From NCBI GenBank assembly GCA_963777955.1, contig CAVZSQ010000020.1, positions 1 through 52,083 on the forward strand: a stretch of DNA of 52,083 nt, written 5' to 3'. Each line of letters begins with the position of its first letter. Positions within the stretch are counted from its first letter, which is position 1. Below are positions 10,238 through 20,538 of the stretch, piece by piece. The notes under the pieces are model-generated. The model saw nothing but the letters and a program-made list of their open reading frames with translations. It had not been told where the DNA came from and searched no databases. Made by a program: the position numbers and the translations under genes. The DNA is from Calditrichia bacterium. Its GTDB lineage: Bacteria > Calditrichota > Calditrichia > JAJRVZ01.

Positions 10238-11434
10238 ATGATGAATAAATCAGCCGGTAAATTTGATGTTTTAAAGTCGCTGTTGTCTAATCCGCAACTT
10301 ATCAGGGTGAAACCTGCGATCAACTGGTTTATGCTGCAATATATGAGCAAGTTCAAAGTAAAAAAAATCGGTGACCGTCTGGTGCTTCATTCTCACTTAC
10401 CACCCCTGAACAGTAAGGCTTTTACCCGCTTTGTCAACGAGCATCTTTTGATCAAAACCGGCGGACCTTCCCATGCCCAGGTTGGGGTTACCAATGCCTG
10501 TCCGCAAAATTGCGAGTACTGTTATAATAAAAACCGGCAGGGGAAAGTGATGGATAAGCAGACTATTAAGAAAGTCATTAGCGATCTGAAAAGCCTGGGT
10601 GTCTTCTGGCTGGGATTCACCGGCGGTGAACCCCTGCTCAATAAGGACCTGGTGGAAATTACCGAAAGTGCCGGCGATGATTTTGCGCTTAAATTGTTTA
10701 CAACCGGTTGCACACTGACCCGGCAGCTGGCGCTGGATTTGAAACAGGCCGGTTTGTTATATGTATCGGTCAGTCTGGACCATTGGGATGAAGCGATACA
10801 CGATGCAGTGAGAAGGTATAAAGGAGCATTCCAGACGGCGTTGAAGGCTGTCGATATATTCAAGAGTATCGGTGGGATGCATGTAAGTGTATCAACCGTA
10901 TTATCCAAAGAATTGTTGCAGCCGGACCGCCTTGAAGAATTTTTATCTTTTCTCAATAAATTGGAAATTGATGAAGCCTGGCTGAGTGAAACCAAACCCG
11001 CGGTAGCAGCATTCTGGAACAAGGATCTGCTGATTAGCGAGGAAGAACGTTTAATGCTGATCAATCTGCAAGACCGTTATAATAAACTCGGTGGCATGAC
11101 CATCAACTACCTCGGCCATTTTGAGAGCGAATATAACTTTGGTTGCACCGCCGGACATAAAATGGTTTATGTCGACGCTTTTGGCGAAGTCACTCCCTGT
11201 GTTTTTATGCCGATGTCCTTTGGAAATATACATAATTCGGATCTGGCCGATATTTTCCGGGGTATGAGAAACCGGTTTCCTGCGGAAAATCGTTGTTTCG
11301 TCAACACCCATTATAAACTTTTACAGAAGTATGGCCGGGACAAAGCGCTGTTGAACCCGGCGGATAGTTTGAGCATGCTGTCGGAAGTACATTTTAATCC
11401 GTTGTCCAAATTTTTCCAACTGCACTATCAATAA
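10238..11434 (+). CDS. Radical SAM protein with SPASM/twitch domain
   Basis: CPQNCEYC (CxxxCxxC); FTGGEPLL; GCTAGHKMVYVDAFGEVTPCVF. Confidence 0.92.
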   Translation: MMNKSAGKFDVLKSLLSNPQLIRVKPAINWFMLQYMSKFKVKKIGDRLVLHSHLPPLNSKAFTRFVNEHLLIKTGGPSHAQVGVTNACPQNCEYCYNKNRQGKVMDKQTIKKVISDLKSLGVFWLGFTGGEPLLNKDLVEITESAGDDFALKLFTTGCTLTRQLALDLKQAGLLYVSVSLDHWDEAIHDAVRRYKGAFQTALKAVDIFKSIGGMHVSVSTVLSKELLQPDRLEEFLSFLNKLEIDEAWLSETKPAVAAFWNKDLLISEEERLMLINLQDRYNKLGGMTINYLGHFESEYNFGCTAGHKMVYVDAFGEVTPCVFMPMSFGNIHNSDLADIFRGMRNRFPAENRCFVNTHYKLLQKYGRDKALLNPADSLSMLSEVHFNPLSKFFQLHYQ

Positions 11435-11474
11435 AGAGAAATTGCTGAACTCTCAAAATTTTAAAAGAGGAACA

Positions 11475-11903
11475 GTGCCAGAAAAAAGAAATTCTGTTTA
11501 CAGGGTATACAAGTTAATCAGTTTAATCATGGCCCTGACCTTTGCACTGGTGGGATTGATTTTTCTCTTTAGGGCCGAAGATGTACTGATTTTTTTCAAT
11601 GCGCTTTCTAAGCAGCTGGGCATGTTGCCGGCACCCGTCGCAGGTACTGATTTTTACCTGGTGCTGGCGGTGGCATATATGTATGTGGTGACTTTACTGG
11701 CATATAAGATGTACTGTCAGCCCGAAAACAGGCAGTATCCCGTTTTGCTGATCAATGCCAAGACCGCAAGTTCTATACTTTCAATTTTATTATTTATCTT
11801 TCACCAACCGTATCTGATCTATATAACCAATGCAATTGTAGATGGCTCGATCGCGCTGCTCCTTTTGCTATTATTGCTGAAACCAGGACAAACGATGCAA
11901 TGA
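11475..11903 (+). CDS. Hypothetical integral membrane protein (about 4 TM)
   Basis: AGAGG RBS before the GTG at 11475; four hydrophobic segments; ATGA overlap with the next gene. Confidence 0.75.
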   Translation: MPEKRNSVYRVYKLISLIMALTFALVGLIFLFRAEDVLIFFNALSKQLGMLPAPVAGTDFYLVLAVAYMYVVTLLAYKMYCQPENRQYPVLLINAKTASSILSILLFIFHQPYLIYITNAIVDGSIALLLLLLLLKPGQTMQ

Positions 11904-12448
11904 ATAACCTGGTCACCATTCTGAAATTCTATTCCCCGGAATTTATTAAGAAACGGGTGCTTAAGGAATTATTTACAATCACTGCCAGGGCTTTCGAATG
12001 TGCTCTGCCCCCGCTCAAAGGATTTTCTTATGCCGAACTCTTAAAACAGTATGCACTTTTTACTAAGGCAGAAGCGGAAAAATCTATGCAGCACAATCAC
12101 AATCTTCAGGCGATCAGAAACCGTTTGTTCGAGCAGGCTTACCAAATGGGTCATGAACTCAGGAAAAAATTTAATATCAGAACTGATGATGAGGTAATGG
12201 AACTGGGTCAAAGACTCTATGATATACTGGGAATTAATTTTCAGGGTAACAAGCAGGGACTGGTAACGATCAGCCAGTGTTTTTTCAGCGAATATTACAG
12301 CAACCGGGTCTGTCAACTCATCTCGGCCCTGGATGAAGGGGTTCTGGCCGGATTGTCAGGAGGGGGACAACTAAATTTTTCTCAGCGGATAACTGACGGT
12401 AAAAACTGCTGCCAGGCGCAGTTTATTTCCGGGGAATACGGCTCATGA
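11900..12448 (+). CDS. Hypothetical protein with V4R / ATC-hydrolase-like C-terminal fold
   Basis: Cys pattern 'ISQCFF..VCQLISALDEG..AGL....L.FSQRITDGKNCC'; ATGA overlaps on both sides. Confidence 0.55.
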   Translation: MNNLVTILKFYSPEFIKKRVLKELFTITARAFECALPPLKGFSYAELLKQYALFTKAEAEKSMQHNHNLQAIRNRLFEQAYQMGHELRKKFNIRTDDEVMELGQRLYDILGINFQGNKQGLVTISQCFFSEYYSNRVCQLISALDEGVLAGLSGGGQLNFSQRITDGKNCCQAQFISGEYGS

Positions 12449-13734
12449 AAAAAGCGATTGTGGTGGGCAGCGGCGCCGGCGGGGCTACCGTAGCCAGGGA
12501 ACTGCAGGGGCGAGGCAAATTTCAGGTAACCATCCTGGAGGCGGGCAAACCGTTTAATCCGTTTTCCCTGAATCTGGCCATGGTGGAACGGCTTAAAAAA
12601 ACAGGCTTGTTCTTCGACGAACGACTGATTCAGTTACTATTTCCGGCGATGAAAATCAGGAAGACGCCGGAAGATATGATTCTGGTGAATGGCAGTGGCT
12701 TGGGTGGAACCACCACACTGGCCACCGGAAATGGTGTACGGGTCGACCGTGATCTGAAAAATCTGGGCATCAACCTGGATGTGGAATTTCAGGAACTTTA
12801 TCGCGAAATTCCGGTTTCGCTGGAACATAAAAAACGCTGGCAGCCAACCACCAGGCGCTTATTTGAGATCTGCCAGGAGATGAATCTAAATCCGCAACCC
12901 TTGCCTAAAATGGGGGATCCCAGCCGCTGCACAAATTGCGGCCGCTGTATTCTGGGCTGCCCACAGGGGGCAAAATGGGACAGCCGGCAATTTCTGGATA
13001 TAGCCATGCAAAAGGGTGCCGAAGTGCTGACCGGATGTAAAGTCAAAAAAGTGCTGATCAAAAATAACCGGGCTGTCGGAGTACAGGCCTCCACCGGGTT
13101 GATCAGTAAATTTTATCCGGCGGATCTGGTCATACTGGCAGCAGGCGGATTTGCTACACCGGTCATTCTGGAAAATTCCGGAATTCCCTGCGAGCAGAGA
13201 TTGTTTGTTGACCCGGTTCTCTGTGTGGCCGCCGAGTGGAAAGACTGCCGGCAATATAAAGAAATCTCCATGCCTTTTGTGGTTGAACAGGATCATTTTA
13301 TTATTTCACCCTATTTCGATTATCTCAGTTTCTTTTTCAACCGGCATTGGAAATTTCCGATGCGTGATACCCTGGGACTGATGATTAAACTTGCCGATAC
13401 AAATGAAGGTTCTGTCTCGAAGCGAAAAATTAATAAATTTCTCAACAGCCAGGATAAGGCTACGATAAAACAGGGCATTGAAATTTGCGAAAATATATTC
13501 GGGCGACTGGGAGTGAAAAAAGAAAAAGTATTTTATGGTACCCTCAATGCCGGTCATCCCGGAGGAATGGTTCCGCTGACCAAGCAGGACGCGCAATCAT
13601 TTCATCCGGCCCGGCTGCCGCAGAATCTTTATGTTGCCGATGCTTCCTTGTTCCCCGAGTCGCTGGGTTATCCGCCCATGCTGACCATCATGGCCATGGC
13701 TAAACGGGTAAGCCGGGTATGTCAGCTGCTATAA
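12445..13734 (+). CDS. GMC-family FAD oxidoreductase with ferredoxin-like Cys motif
   Basis: VVGSGAGG; GLGGTT; CTNCGRCILGCP; HPGG; NLYVADASLFP..PPMLTIMAMA. Confidence 0.9.
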   Translation: MKKAIVVGSGAGGATVARELQGRGKFQVTILEAGKPFNPFSLNLAMVERLKKTGLFFDERLIQLLFPAMKIRKTPEDMILVNGSGLGGTTTLATGNGVRVDRDLKNLGINLDVEFQELYREIPVSLEHKKRWQPTTRRLFEICQEMNLNPQPLPKMGDPSRCTNCGRCILGCPQGAKWDSRQFLDIAMQKGAEVLTGCKVKKVLIKNNRAVGVQASTGLISKFYPADLVILAAGGFATPVILENSGIPCEQRLFVDPVLCVAAEWKDCRQYKEISMPFVVEQDHFIISPYFDYLSFFFNRHWKFPMRDTLGLMIKLADTNEGSVSKRKINKFLNSQDKATIKQGIEICENIFGRLGVKKEKVFYGTLNAGHPGGMVPLTKQDAQSFHPARLPQNLYVADASLFPESLGYPPMLTIMAMAKRVSRVCQLL

Positions 13735-13758
13735 AAATGGAAATCCTGTTTTAATGAG

Positions 13759-14409
13759 GTGAAAATGGGTGGAATTGATTTGGTATATATAATAAAATTA
13801 TTGCCGGGAATTGTTCTGGGCTTAACCGTGCATGAATACATGCATGCCAAAGTGGCTTACCTGTTGGGCGACTCGACGGCAAAAGATCAGGGCCGGGTGA
13901 CGCTTGATCCGCTCAAGCACATTGACTGGTTTGGATTTCTTTTTATAATTCTGGCCGGTTTCGGCTGGGCCAAACCGGTGCAGATAGACCGCCGCTCGCT
14001 TAAAAATCCCCGCCGGGATGAAATGCTGATATCCGTGGCCGGACCCTTATCCAACCTGATACTAGGCTTTCTATGTGTGATTATCATTAAAATGTTCGTT
14101 ACGTATATTCCCCACAGCACTGATGGAACTTATTCAGGCATCCGTGAGATATTGGTGTATGCGGTTTTTATAAATTATGGCCTGTTCATTTTCAATATGC
14201 TGCCCATACCCCCGCTGGATGGTTCTCATATTCTTTTCAATACGATCAGGATCAAAGAGGAAACCGAATATGTTATCTTTAAATATGGGACCTGGATTTT
14301 ATTTGCGATTATAATTATTCAGCATCAAACCCAGCTGAATATTCTGCCCCTGGGTATAGTCATAAATTTTATGGTAAAAATTTCTTTCAGCTTGGTGGGT
14401 ATTCTCTAG
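13759..14409 (+). CDS. Site-2 protease (peptidase M50)
   Basis: HEYMH; GFGWAKPV; AGPLSN; FNMLPIPPLDG. Confidence 0.93.
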   Translation: MKMGGIDLVYIIKLLPGIVLGLTVHEYMHAKVAYLLGDSTAKDQGRVTLDPLKHIDWFGFLFIILAGFGWAKPVQIDRRSLKNPRRDEMLISVAGPLSNLILGFLCVIIIKMFVTYIPHSTDGTYSGIREILVYAVFINYGLFIFNMLPIPPLDGSHILFNTIRIKEETEYVIFKYGTWILFAIIIIQHQTQLNILPLGIVINFMVKISFSLVGIL

Positions 14410-14474
14410 GAATGTTTATTATAACCAGCAAAAACTCAAAATATATCAATTGTATCTGGTGGGCCCGATAGATA

Positions 14475-15179
14475 TTATTGATTTTCTGAAAGTGTTTTCA
14501 ATCTGTAACCTACTCCCGGTTCGGTAATGATCAATTCGGGCAGAGCGGGATTTTTTTCTATTTTTTTCCTGAGTTGTGCAATATGTACCCGTAAAATCTG
14601 AGAATTATCGGCATAAGGATTTCCCCAGATTTCTTTGATAATATAGTTATGAGTAAGAACTTTGCCAGAATGTTTTATAAATAAAGTTAATAGTGAATAT
14701 TCGGTAGCAGTAAGTTTTATTTCCTGTTGATTTATTTTTACAATTCTTGAATTCAGATCTACATATAAATGGCCGCTGTTAAAAACAGGGGATTCATCTA
14801 TTTTCATGGAATGGCGAAGGGCTACCCGGATTCTGGCCAGCAATTCTCCGGTATTGAAAGGTTTGGTTATAAAATCATCCGCCCCTGTGTCGAGCAGGTG
14901 TATTTTTGTATCGGCCAGGTCCTGTACAGTAAGAACAATAACCGGCACATGGCTCCATTCACGTAATTGCTTCAGCACCGTTAATCCATCCATATCCGGA
15001 AGACCCAAATCCAGCAAAATAAGGTCCGGATGCTGCATGGAGGCGGAAATCAATCCCTCTTTTCCGTTAGCGGCTTCGAAAACCTTGAAATCGTGGGCTT
15101 CCAGGGACAGATTAAGCAAGCGTCTGATCTGTGGTTCGTCGTCAATGATCAAAATTTTAAATTTATTCTTTGCTTCCAT
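14475..15179 (-). CDS. kdpE: Response regulator KdpE
   Basis: REC domain (IIDDE, LLDLGLPDMDG) plus OmpR winged helix; follows kdpD. Confidence 0.93.
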   Translation of the reverse strand: MEAKNKFKILIIDDEPQIRRLLNLSLEAHDFKVFEAANGKEGLISASMQHPDLILLDLGLPDMDGLTVLKQLREWSHVPVIVLTVQDLADTKIHLLDTGADDFITKPFNTGELLARIRVALRHSMKIDESPVFNSGHLYVDLNSRIVKINQQEIKLTATEYSLLTLFIKHSGKVLTHNYIIKEIWGNPYADNSQILRVHIAQLRKKIEKNPALPELIITEPGVGYRLKTLSENQ

Positions 15180-15183
15180 CAGT

Positions 15184-17841
15184 TTAATTTATATTTAATA
15201 GAATTGTCATTCGCAAACCGCCTTCAGGCCGATTTTGAGCCAAAATTTTTCCGTGGTGTATTTCAATAATTGTTTTAGATATGGCTAATCCCAGGCCTGT
15301 ACCCCCGCTTTTAGTTCCGGGGATGCGGTAAAATTTATCAAACAAGTGAGTCAATGTTTCTTCAGGCACACCGGGTCCGCGGTCATCAAGTTGAATAAAT
15401 ATTTTATCATGGGTGAACAATCCAGCATGGATTGATATCTCGCTGCTGCCAGGTGTATACATCGCTGAATTATGTAAGATATTAATTATAGCTTGCTTTA
15501 GCAAATTTATATCGGCCTTGATCAGAGGCAGATTCTCTTCCAGGTCGATTTTTATCTGGTGATCTTTCAACTCGTTTTTCAATTCCTGGAAAGCTATCCC
15601 GATCAAGTCGGAAATATCGCAGTGTTGCAGATTTAATTTTAAGTATCCTGACTCGATTCTGGACATGTCCAGAATATTTTCTACCAGGTGATTCAGGCGG
15701 AGATAGGCTGTATTTAGTTCTGCGCAAATTCGATTTCTGATTTCGGGATTTGCAGTAATTCGTTCGTCATTAAGATTTGAAACGGAACTTGAGATAATCG
15801 CGATCGGTGTTCTCAGTTCATGAGATACCGTATTGAGAATAGTCTGAAAGAGTTTTTCCGATTCGCGATTAAGCATATTTTTTTTTACCAGGTCAATGGT
15901 AATTTCTCTATCGAGAGAGGAAGTTATCTGCGTTATAAACGATTTGAGCAGGATCACGCGGTCCGGTGCGAGTTGGTAATCCCGATCAAATCTGATTCCG
16001 ATAACACCGATAATTCCGCGAGGCGCAGGCAAAGGAAAATATTCTAGTTTTGATTCCGGAAGAGTGTTGGTAAATTTTCCAGCCGGTTCGCTGTTTTCAA
16101 ATACCCAGTTAGCAACCGCAAACTCTTTTTCACTATATAAATCCATGTTACCAAATCCTTGCGCTGAAAGATGGGGAGTCTCTTTCTCCTGAAGATAGAC
16201 GATCGCATCGGCCTGGAAATATTTTTTTAATTCATACCGTGTTTGGTAAACTACTTCCTTGATAGATGCAGCCTGGTTTAATGATTCTAAAAATGAGTAA
16301 AGAACCGAAATATTTTCCTGACTTTTTTTTAAAACACCCTGATTTCGGCGTATGCGATTGATCAGGGTTCCTCCGACAATAGCGATAAAAAAATTGGCAA
16401 AAAGGGTTATAGCATCATGAATATTACGTATCTGAAAAGTAAATAAAGGTGGAATGAAAAAATAGTTCCAGATGATAAAATTCAATAGGGCAGCAAAAAG
16501 TACCGGACCTCTTCCCAGAATCAGTGATAATCCCGCAACGACTAATAAAAATATCAAGCCCACTGTCTGATAGCCCATTAGATCGGTCCAGGGAAAACAG
16601 ATAAGAGCAACAACTCCCATGGTTAAAAAAGAAATTAAGTACTCCTTCATTCTTAATGTATGCGGCAGTGAAAATCTCCGACTTTCTTTATGGTCGATAT
16701 CATGATCTGCCTTGATTACGTAAATATCGATCTGCTCACTCTTTTTAATTAATCGGTCTACCAGACTGCCGCCGGTTATGAAATTCTTAAGGGGATGTTC
16801 ATTTGTTTTACCGATAACAATTTGAGAAACATTGTTTTCCAGAGCAATTCTCAGTAAACCCTCGACAATGTCGGATTCCATGCTATGTATGATTTTTGCT
16901 CCCAGTTCTTTTGCCAGTTCCAGATGGGTGGATAATAATTTTTGCTTTTTAACAGAAAGATTTTTGTCCAAATCGATGCTGACCGCAAACCACTGGGCTC
17001 CCAGATTAAAAGCCATCCGCCGGGTCCAGCGGATAAGTTTTTCGGAAGAAGGACTGGGACCGACGGCTACCATCAGTTTCTCAGTGGTTTTCCAGGTGCT
17101 GAGAATATTTTTTGCCCGCATATAGTCCAGCATGTCCATATCTACCCGCTCAGCAGTCAAGCGGAGTGCCATTTCACGCAAGGCATGGATATTTCCTTTA
17201 CGGAAAAAATTTTCAGCGGCTAGTTCTGCGTTTTGAGGTATGTATATTCTGCCTTCAGCAAACCTTTTAAGTAGATCATCGGGTGTTATATCTATCAATT
17301 CGATATCGTCCGCGTTTTCCAGGACGGAATCGGGAATCGTCTCATGCATTGTTATTCCTGTGATTTCCTGTACCGTGTCAGCTCTGCTTTCCAGATGTTG
17401 AACATTGACAGTTGTATAGACGTCGATTCCGTTTTCTATAATTTCTGCCACATCCTGATATCTTTTATGATGCCGGCTGCCGGGAATATTGGTATGGGCC
17501 AATTCATCGACCAGCACAATTGCCGGTTTTCGTTTGAGTACCGCATCCAGATCCATCTCTTCGAGTTCAATCCCCCTGTAAGAAGACTTTTGGCGTGGAA
17601 TAATTTCCAGCCCGGTCAGGAGTTGTTCTGTTTCTGACCGACCGTGGGTCTCAATATATCCGATAATTATATCTATACCTTCACTTTGACTCTTTTTCGC
17701 CGCTTTGAGCATTGAATATGTTTTACCCACACCGGCACACATGCCAAAAAATATCTTCAATTTACCTTTATGTTTTTTTTCTTCTGCTTTTAATATTTTT
17801 TCAAGCAGGGCATCAGGATCAGGACGATCATCTGAAATCAT
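15184..17841 (-). CDS. kdpD: Sensor histidine kinase KdpD
   Basis: GKLKIFFGMCAGVGKTY; VDELAHTN; USP domain; 4 TM; SHELRTP; GTGLGL. Confidence 0.97.
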   Translation of the reverse strand: MISDDRPDPDALLEKILKAEEKKHKGKLKIFFGMCAGVGKTYSMLKAAKKSQSEGIDIIIGYIETHGRSETEQLLTGLEIIPRQKSSYRGIELEEMDLDAVLKRKPAIVLVDELAHTNIPGSRHHKRYQDVAEIIENGIDVYTTVNVQHLESRADTVQEITGITMHETIPDSVLENADDIELIDITPDDLLKRFAEGRIYIPQNAELAAENFFRKGNIHALREMALRLTAERVDMDMLDYMRAKNILSTWKTTEKLMVAVGPSPSSEKLIRWTRRMAFNLGAQWFAVSIDLDKNLSVKKQKLLSTHLELAKELGAKIIHSMESDIVEGLLRIALENNVSQIVIGKTNEHPLKNFITGGSLVDRLIKKSEQIDIYVIKADHDIDHKESRRFSLPHTLRMKEYLISFLTMGVVALICFPWTDLMGYQTVGLIFLLVVAGLSLILGRGPVLFAALLNFIIWNYFFIPPLFTFQIRNIHDAITLFANFFIAIVGGTLINRIRRNQGVLKKSQENISVLYSFLESLNQAASIKEVVYQTRYELKKYFQADAIVYLQEKETPHLSAQGFGNMDLYSEKEFAVANWVFENSEPAGKFTNTLPESKLEYFPLPAPRGIIGVIGIRFDRDYQLAPDRVILLKSFITQITSSLDREITIDLVKKNMLNRESEKLFQTILNTVSHELRTPIAIISSSVSNLNDERITANPEIRNRICAELNTAYLRLNHLVENILDMSRIESGYLKLNLQHCDISDLIGIAFQELKNELKDHQIKIDLEENLPLIKADINLLKQAIINILHNSAMYTPGSSEISIHAGLFTHDKIFIQLDDRGPGVPEETLTHLFDKFYRIPGTKSGGTGLGLAISKTIIEIHHGKILAQNRPEGGLRMTILLNIN

Positions 17842-18428
17842 AACCCATCCTTATTGAAGATTTTATCCAACTCGACATTCAAAAGTAATACATTTACACC
17901 GGATTTGTCCAATAAAAATGAAGAGGATCCTTCTTTAAATTTATTTAGCATCTGAGATAATTTCATTATTTGACTTGTATTAAGTCTGCGGGCCCTGGCG
18001 ATCCGTTCCAGTTGCAGCTCCGCGGATTGGACGGATATATGAGGATCCAGACCACTGGCCGATGCAAAAAGCATTTCAGCAGGTATAACCGTGTGAATAT
18101 TCAATCCATTTTTCTGAATAAAAGTATTTTTTCTTTGTTCATACAATTCTTTAAGTCTTCGGCTGGTCGGCGAAAAATTGCTGCCACCGGAAGGCAAAGG
18201 CTGATAGTCGATAGCGGATGGACGACTCCAGAAATAGCGGTCGCTTTCGAATTTCTGTCCGATTAGTTTTGATCCTATCACTATTTGTTGCTGTTTAATT
18301 AAATTCCCATTGGCTTTTTGCTGGAATAGCAATTGCGCAAGACCCGTAATGATGACCGGGTAAATGATTCCGGTAAGCACAGTCATTACCAGCAGTATTT
18401 TTAAAGATGTAATAATTATGACCCTCAT
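17838..18428 (-). CDS. kdpC: K+-transporting ATPase subunit C
   Basis: GSKLIGQKF..YFWSRPSA; ASASGLDPHIS. Confidence 0.96.
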   Translation of the reverse strand: MRVIIITSLKILLVMTVLTGIIYPVIITGLAQLLFQQKANGNLIKQQQIVIGSKLIGQKFESDRYFWSRPSAIDYQPLPSGGSNFSPTSRRLKELYEQRKNTFIQKNGLNIHTVIPAEMLFASASGLDPHISVQSAELQLERIARARRLNTSQIMKLSQMLNKFKEGSSSFLLDKSGVNVLLLNVELDKIFNKDGL

Positions 18429-18435
18429 AAAATTC

Positions 18436-20521
18436 TCATATTAAATTTAACAGATTAACAATGATATCAATAAGTTTTATCCCGGCGAAGGGAACTATAA
18501 TTCCCCCCAGCCCATAAACCAGTATATTTCTTAAAAGCAGTGCTGATGCACCCAGCGGCCGATAAGTCACGCCTTTTAAAGCCAACGGTATCAGGACAAC
18601 TATAATCAAGTGCATTGAATATTATTGAACTTAAAATAGCACTTTCGGGGCTCTGCAATTGCATGATGTTTAATTTAGACAGAGGACCGCTAAAATCTCC
18701 CACGGCGTATAAATTAGCAAAAATAGCAGGGAGAATGGCAAAATATTTAGCAATGTCGTTGGCAATACTAAAGGTTGTGAGCGCTCCGCGGGTCATCAAT
18801 AACTGTTTTCCAATTTCAACGATCTCAATAAGTTTGGTCGGGTTACTGTCCAAATCGACCATATTTCCTGCTTCCCGTGCCGCCTGGGTACCCGTATTCA
18901 TGGCCACGCCCACATAGGCCTGGGCTAGAGCAGGGGCATCATTGGTACCATCTCCAATCATGGCGACCAATTTACCATCCTCTTGTTCCTGGCGGATTAT
19001 TTTTAACTTATCCTCCGGTTTTGCACTGGCGATAAAATCGTCCACACCCGCTTCAGCGGCGATGGTACCGGCGGTTAAGGGATTATCCCCGGTAATCATA
19101 ATGGTTTTGATACCCATCCTGCGTAACCGGGCAAACCGGTCTTTGATACCCCCTTTTACTACATCTTTAAGTTTAATGGTACCCAGGATTATTCCGTCTT
19201 CAGCAACCACCAGCGGAGTAGAACCTTCTTTAGCGATCTCGTTTACCAGGGTATCAACTTCTTTTGGAAAAATATTGCCGTTTGATTGAACATAGTTTTT
19301 TATTGCCCCGGCTGCCCCTTTCCTGATGGATTTATGAGTTTTTCCATCCTTAGAATACAGGTCTATTCCGCTCATCTGTGATTGTGCCGTAAACGGGCTA
19401 AATTTTATATCATATTTTGATAAATCACGTCCGCGTAAATTATATTTTTCCTTGGCCAGAATGACAATTGATCGTCCTTCAGGCGTATCATCCGCCAGGG
19501 ATGCCAGTTGTGAAACTTCAGCCAGATGATCCTGATCAATACCCGGAGCCGGTAAAAAATCACTGGCCATGCGGTTCCCGAATGTGATGGTACCCGTCTT
19601 ATCCAGCAGAAGTACATCAATATCACCGGCCGCCTCAACGGCCTTGCCGCTTTTGGCGATTACATTGCGGTTGACCAGGCGGTCGATGCCGCTGATACCG
19701 ATAGCACTTAATAATCCACCTATGGTTGTCGGGATCAGGCACACCAAAAGTGAGATCAAAATCGGCAAGGACAGAATAATTTTATTTCCGGATACATTTT
19801 GACTGTATGCTGCAAAAGGGTACAATGTAACTACAGCTAACAGAAAGATAATCGTCAGTCCGGAAAGCAGAATTATCAAGGCAATTTCGTTGGGAGTTTT
19901 TTTCCGTTTTGCCCCCTCAACCAGAGCGATCATACGATCGAGAAATGTATTCCCCTGTTGCGAAGTAATTTTTACGATGATCCTGTCGCTTAATACTCTT
20001 GTACCGCCTGTTACTGCATTGCGATCGCCCCCGCTTTCACGAATCACAGGTGCTGATTCACCGGTGATCGCCGATTCGTCCACGGTAGCAATACCTTCAA
20101 TCACTTCACCATCTGCCGGGATGGTATCACCGCTCTCACAAATCACCCGATCGCCGAATCTCAATTGGGTGGATAGAATTTGTATTTCTTTTCCTGCTTC
20201 TATCTTACGGGCGTAACTACCGGTTCTCAATTTCCGTAATGATTCAGCTTGAGCTTTTCCCCTCCCTTCGGCAATCGCTTCGGCAAAATTTGCAAACAGT
20301 ACGGTAAACCAAAGCCATAAAGAAATCTGCAATGTAAACGGATTAAATTGTCCTTGCAGCCAATCCTTACAGAAAATAATACTGGTAAAGATGGAACAGG
20401 TAAAGACAACGAACATAACCGGATTTTTTAATTGGATAACCGGATTGAGTTTTAAAAATGAGTCTTTTACTGCCCGCAGCATGATTTTTTTGTCGAAAAC
20501 TGCAAACTTATTTTTTAACAT
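18436..20521 (-). CDS. kdpB: K+-transporting ATPase subunit B; single indel near the C-terminus (about 18606)
   Basis: [22 protein letters not shown]. The expected C-terminus ([36 protein letters not shown]) is in another frame and ends at TGA 18436. Confidence 0.96.
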
Positions 20522-20538
20522 TTTTTGATCCTTGAATG

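Noticed and set aside
18436..18620. Novel KdpB C-terminus shown in the ORF track
   Set aside because: The canonical C-terminus is present in another frame, so a single indel explains it.
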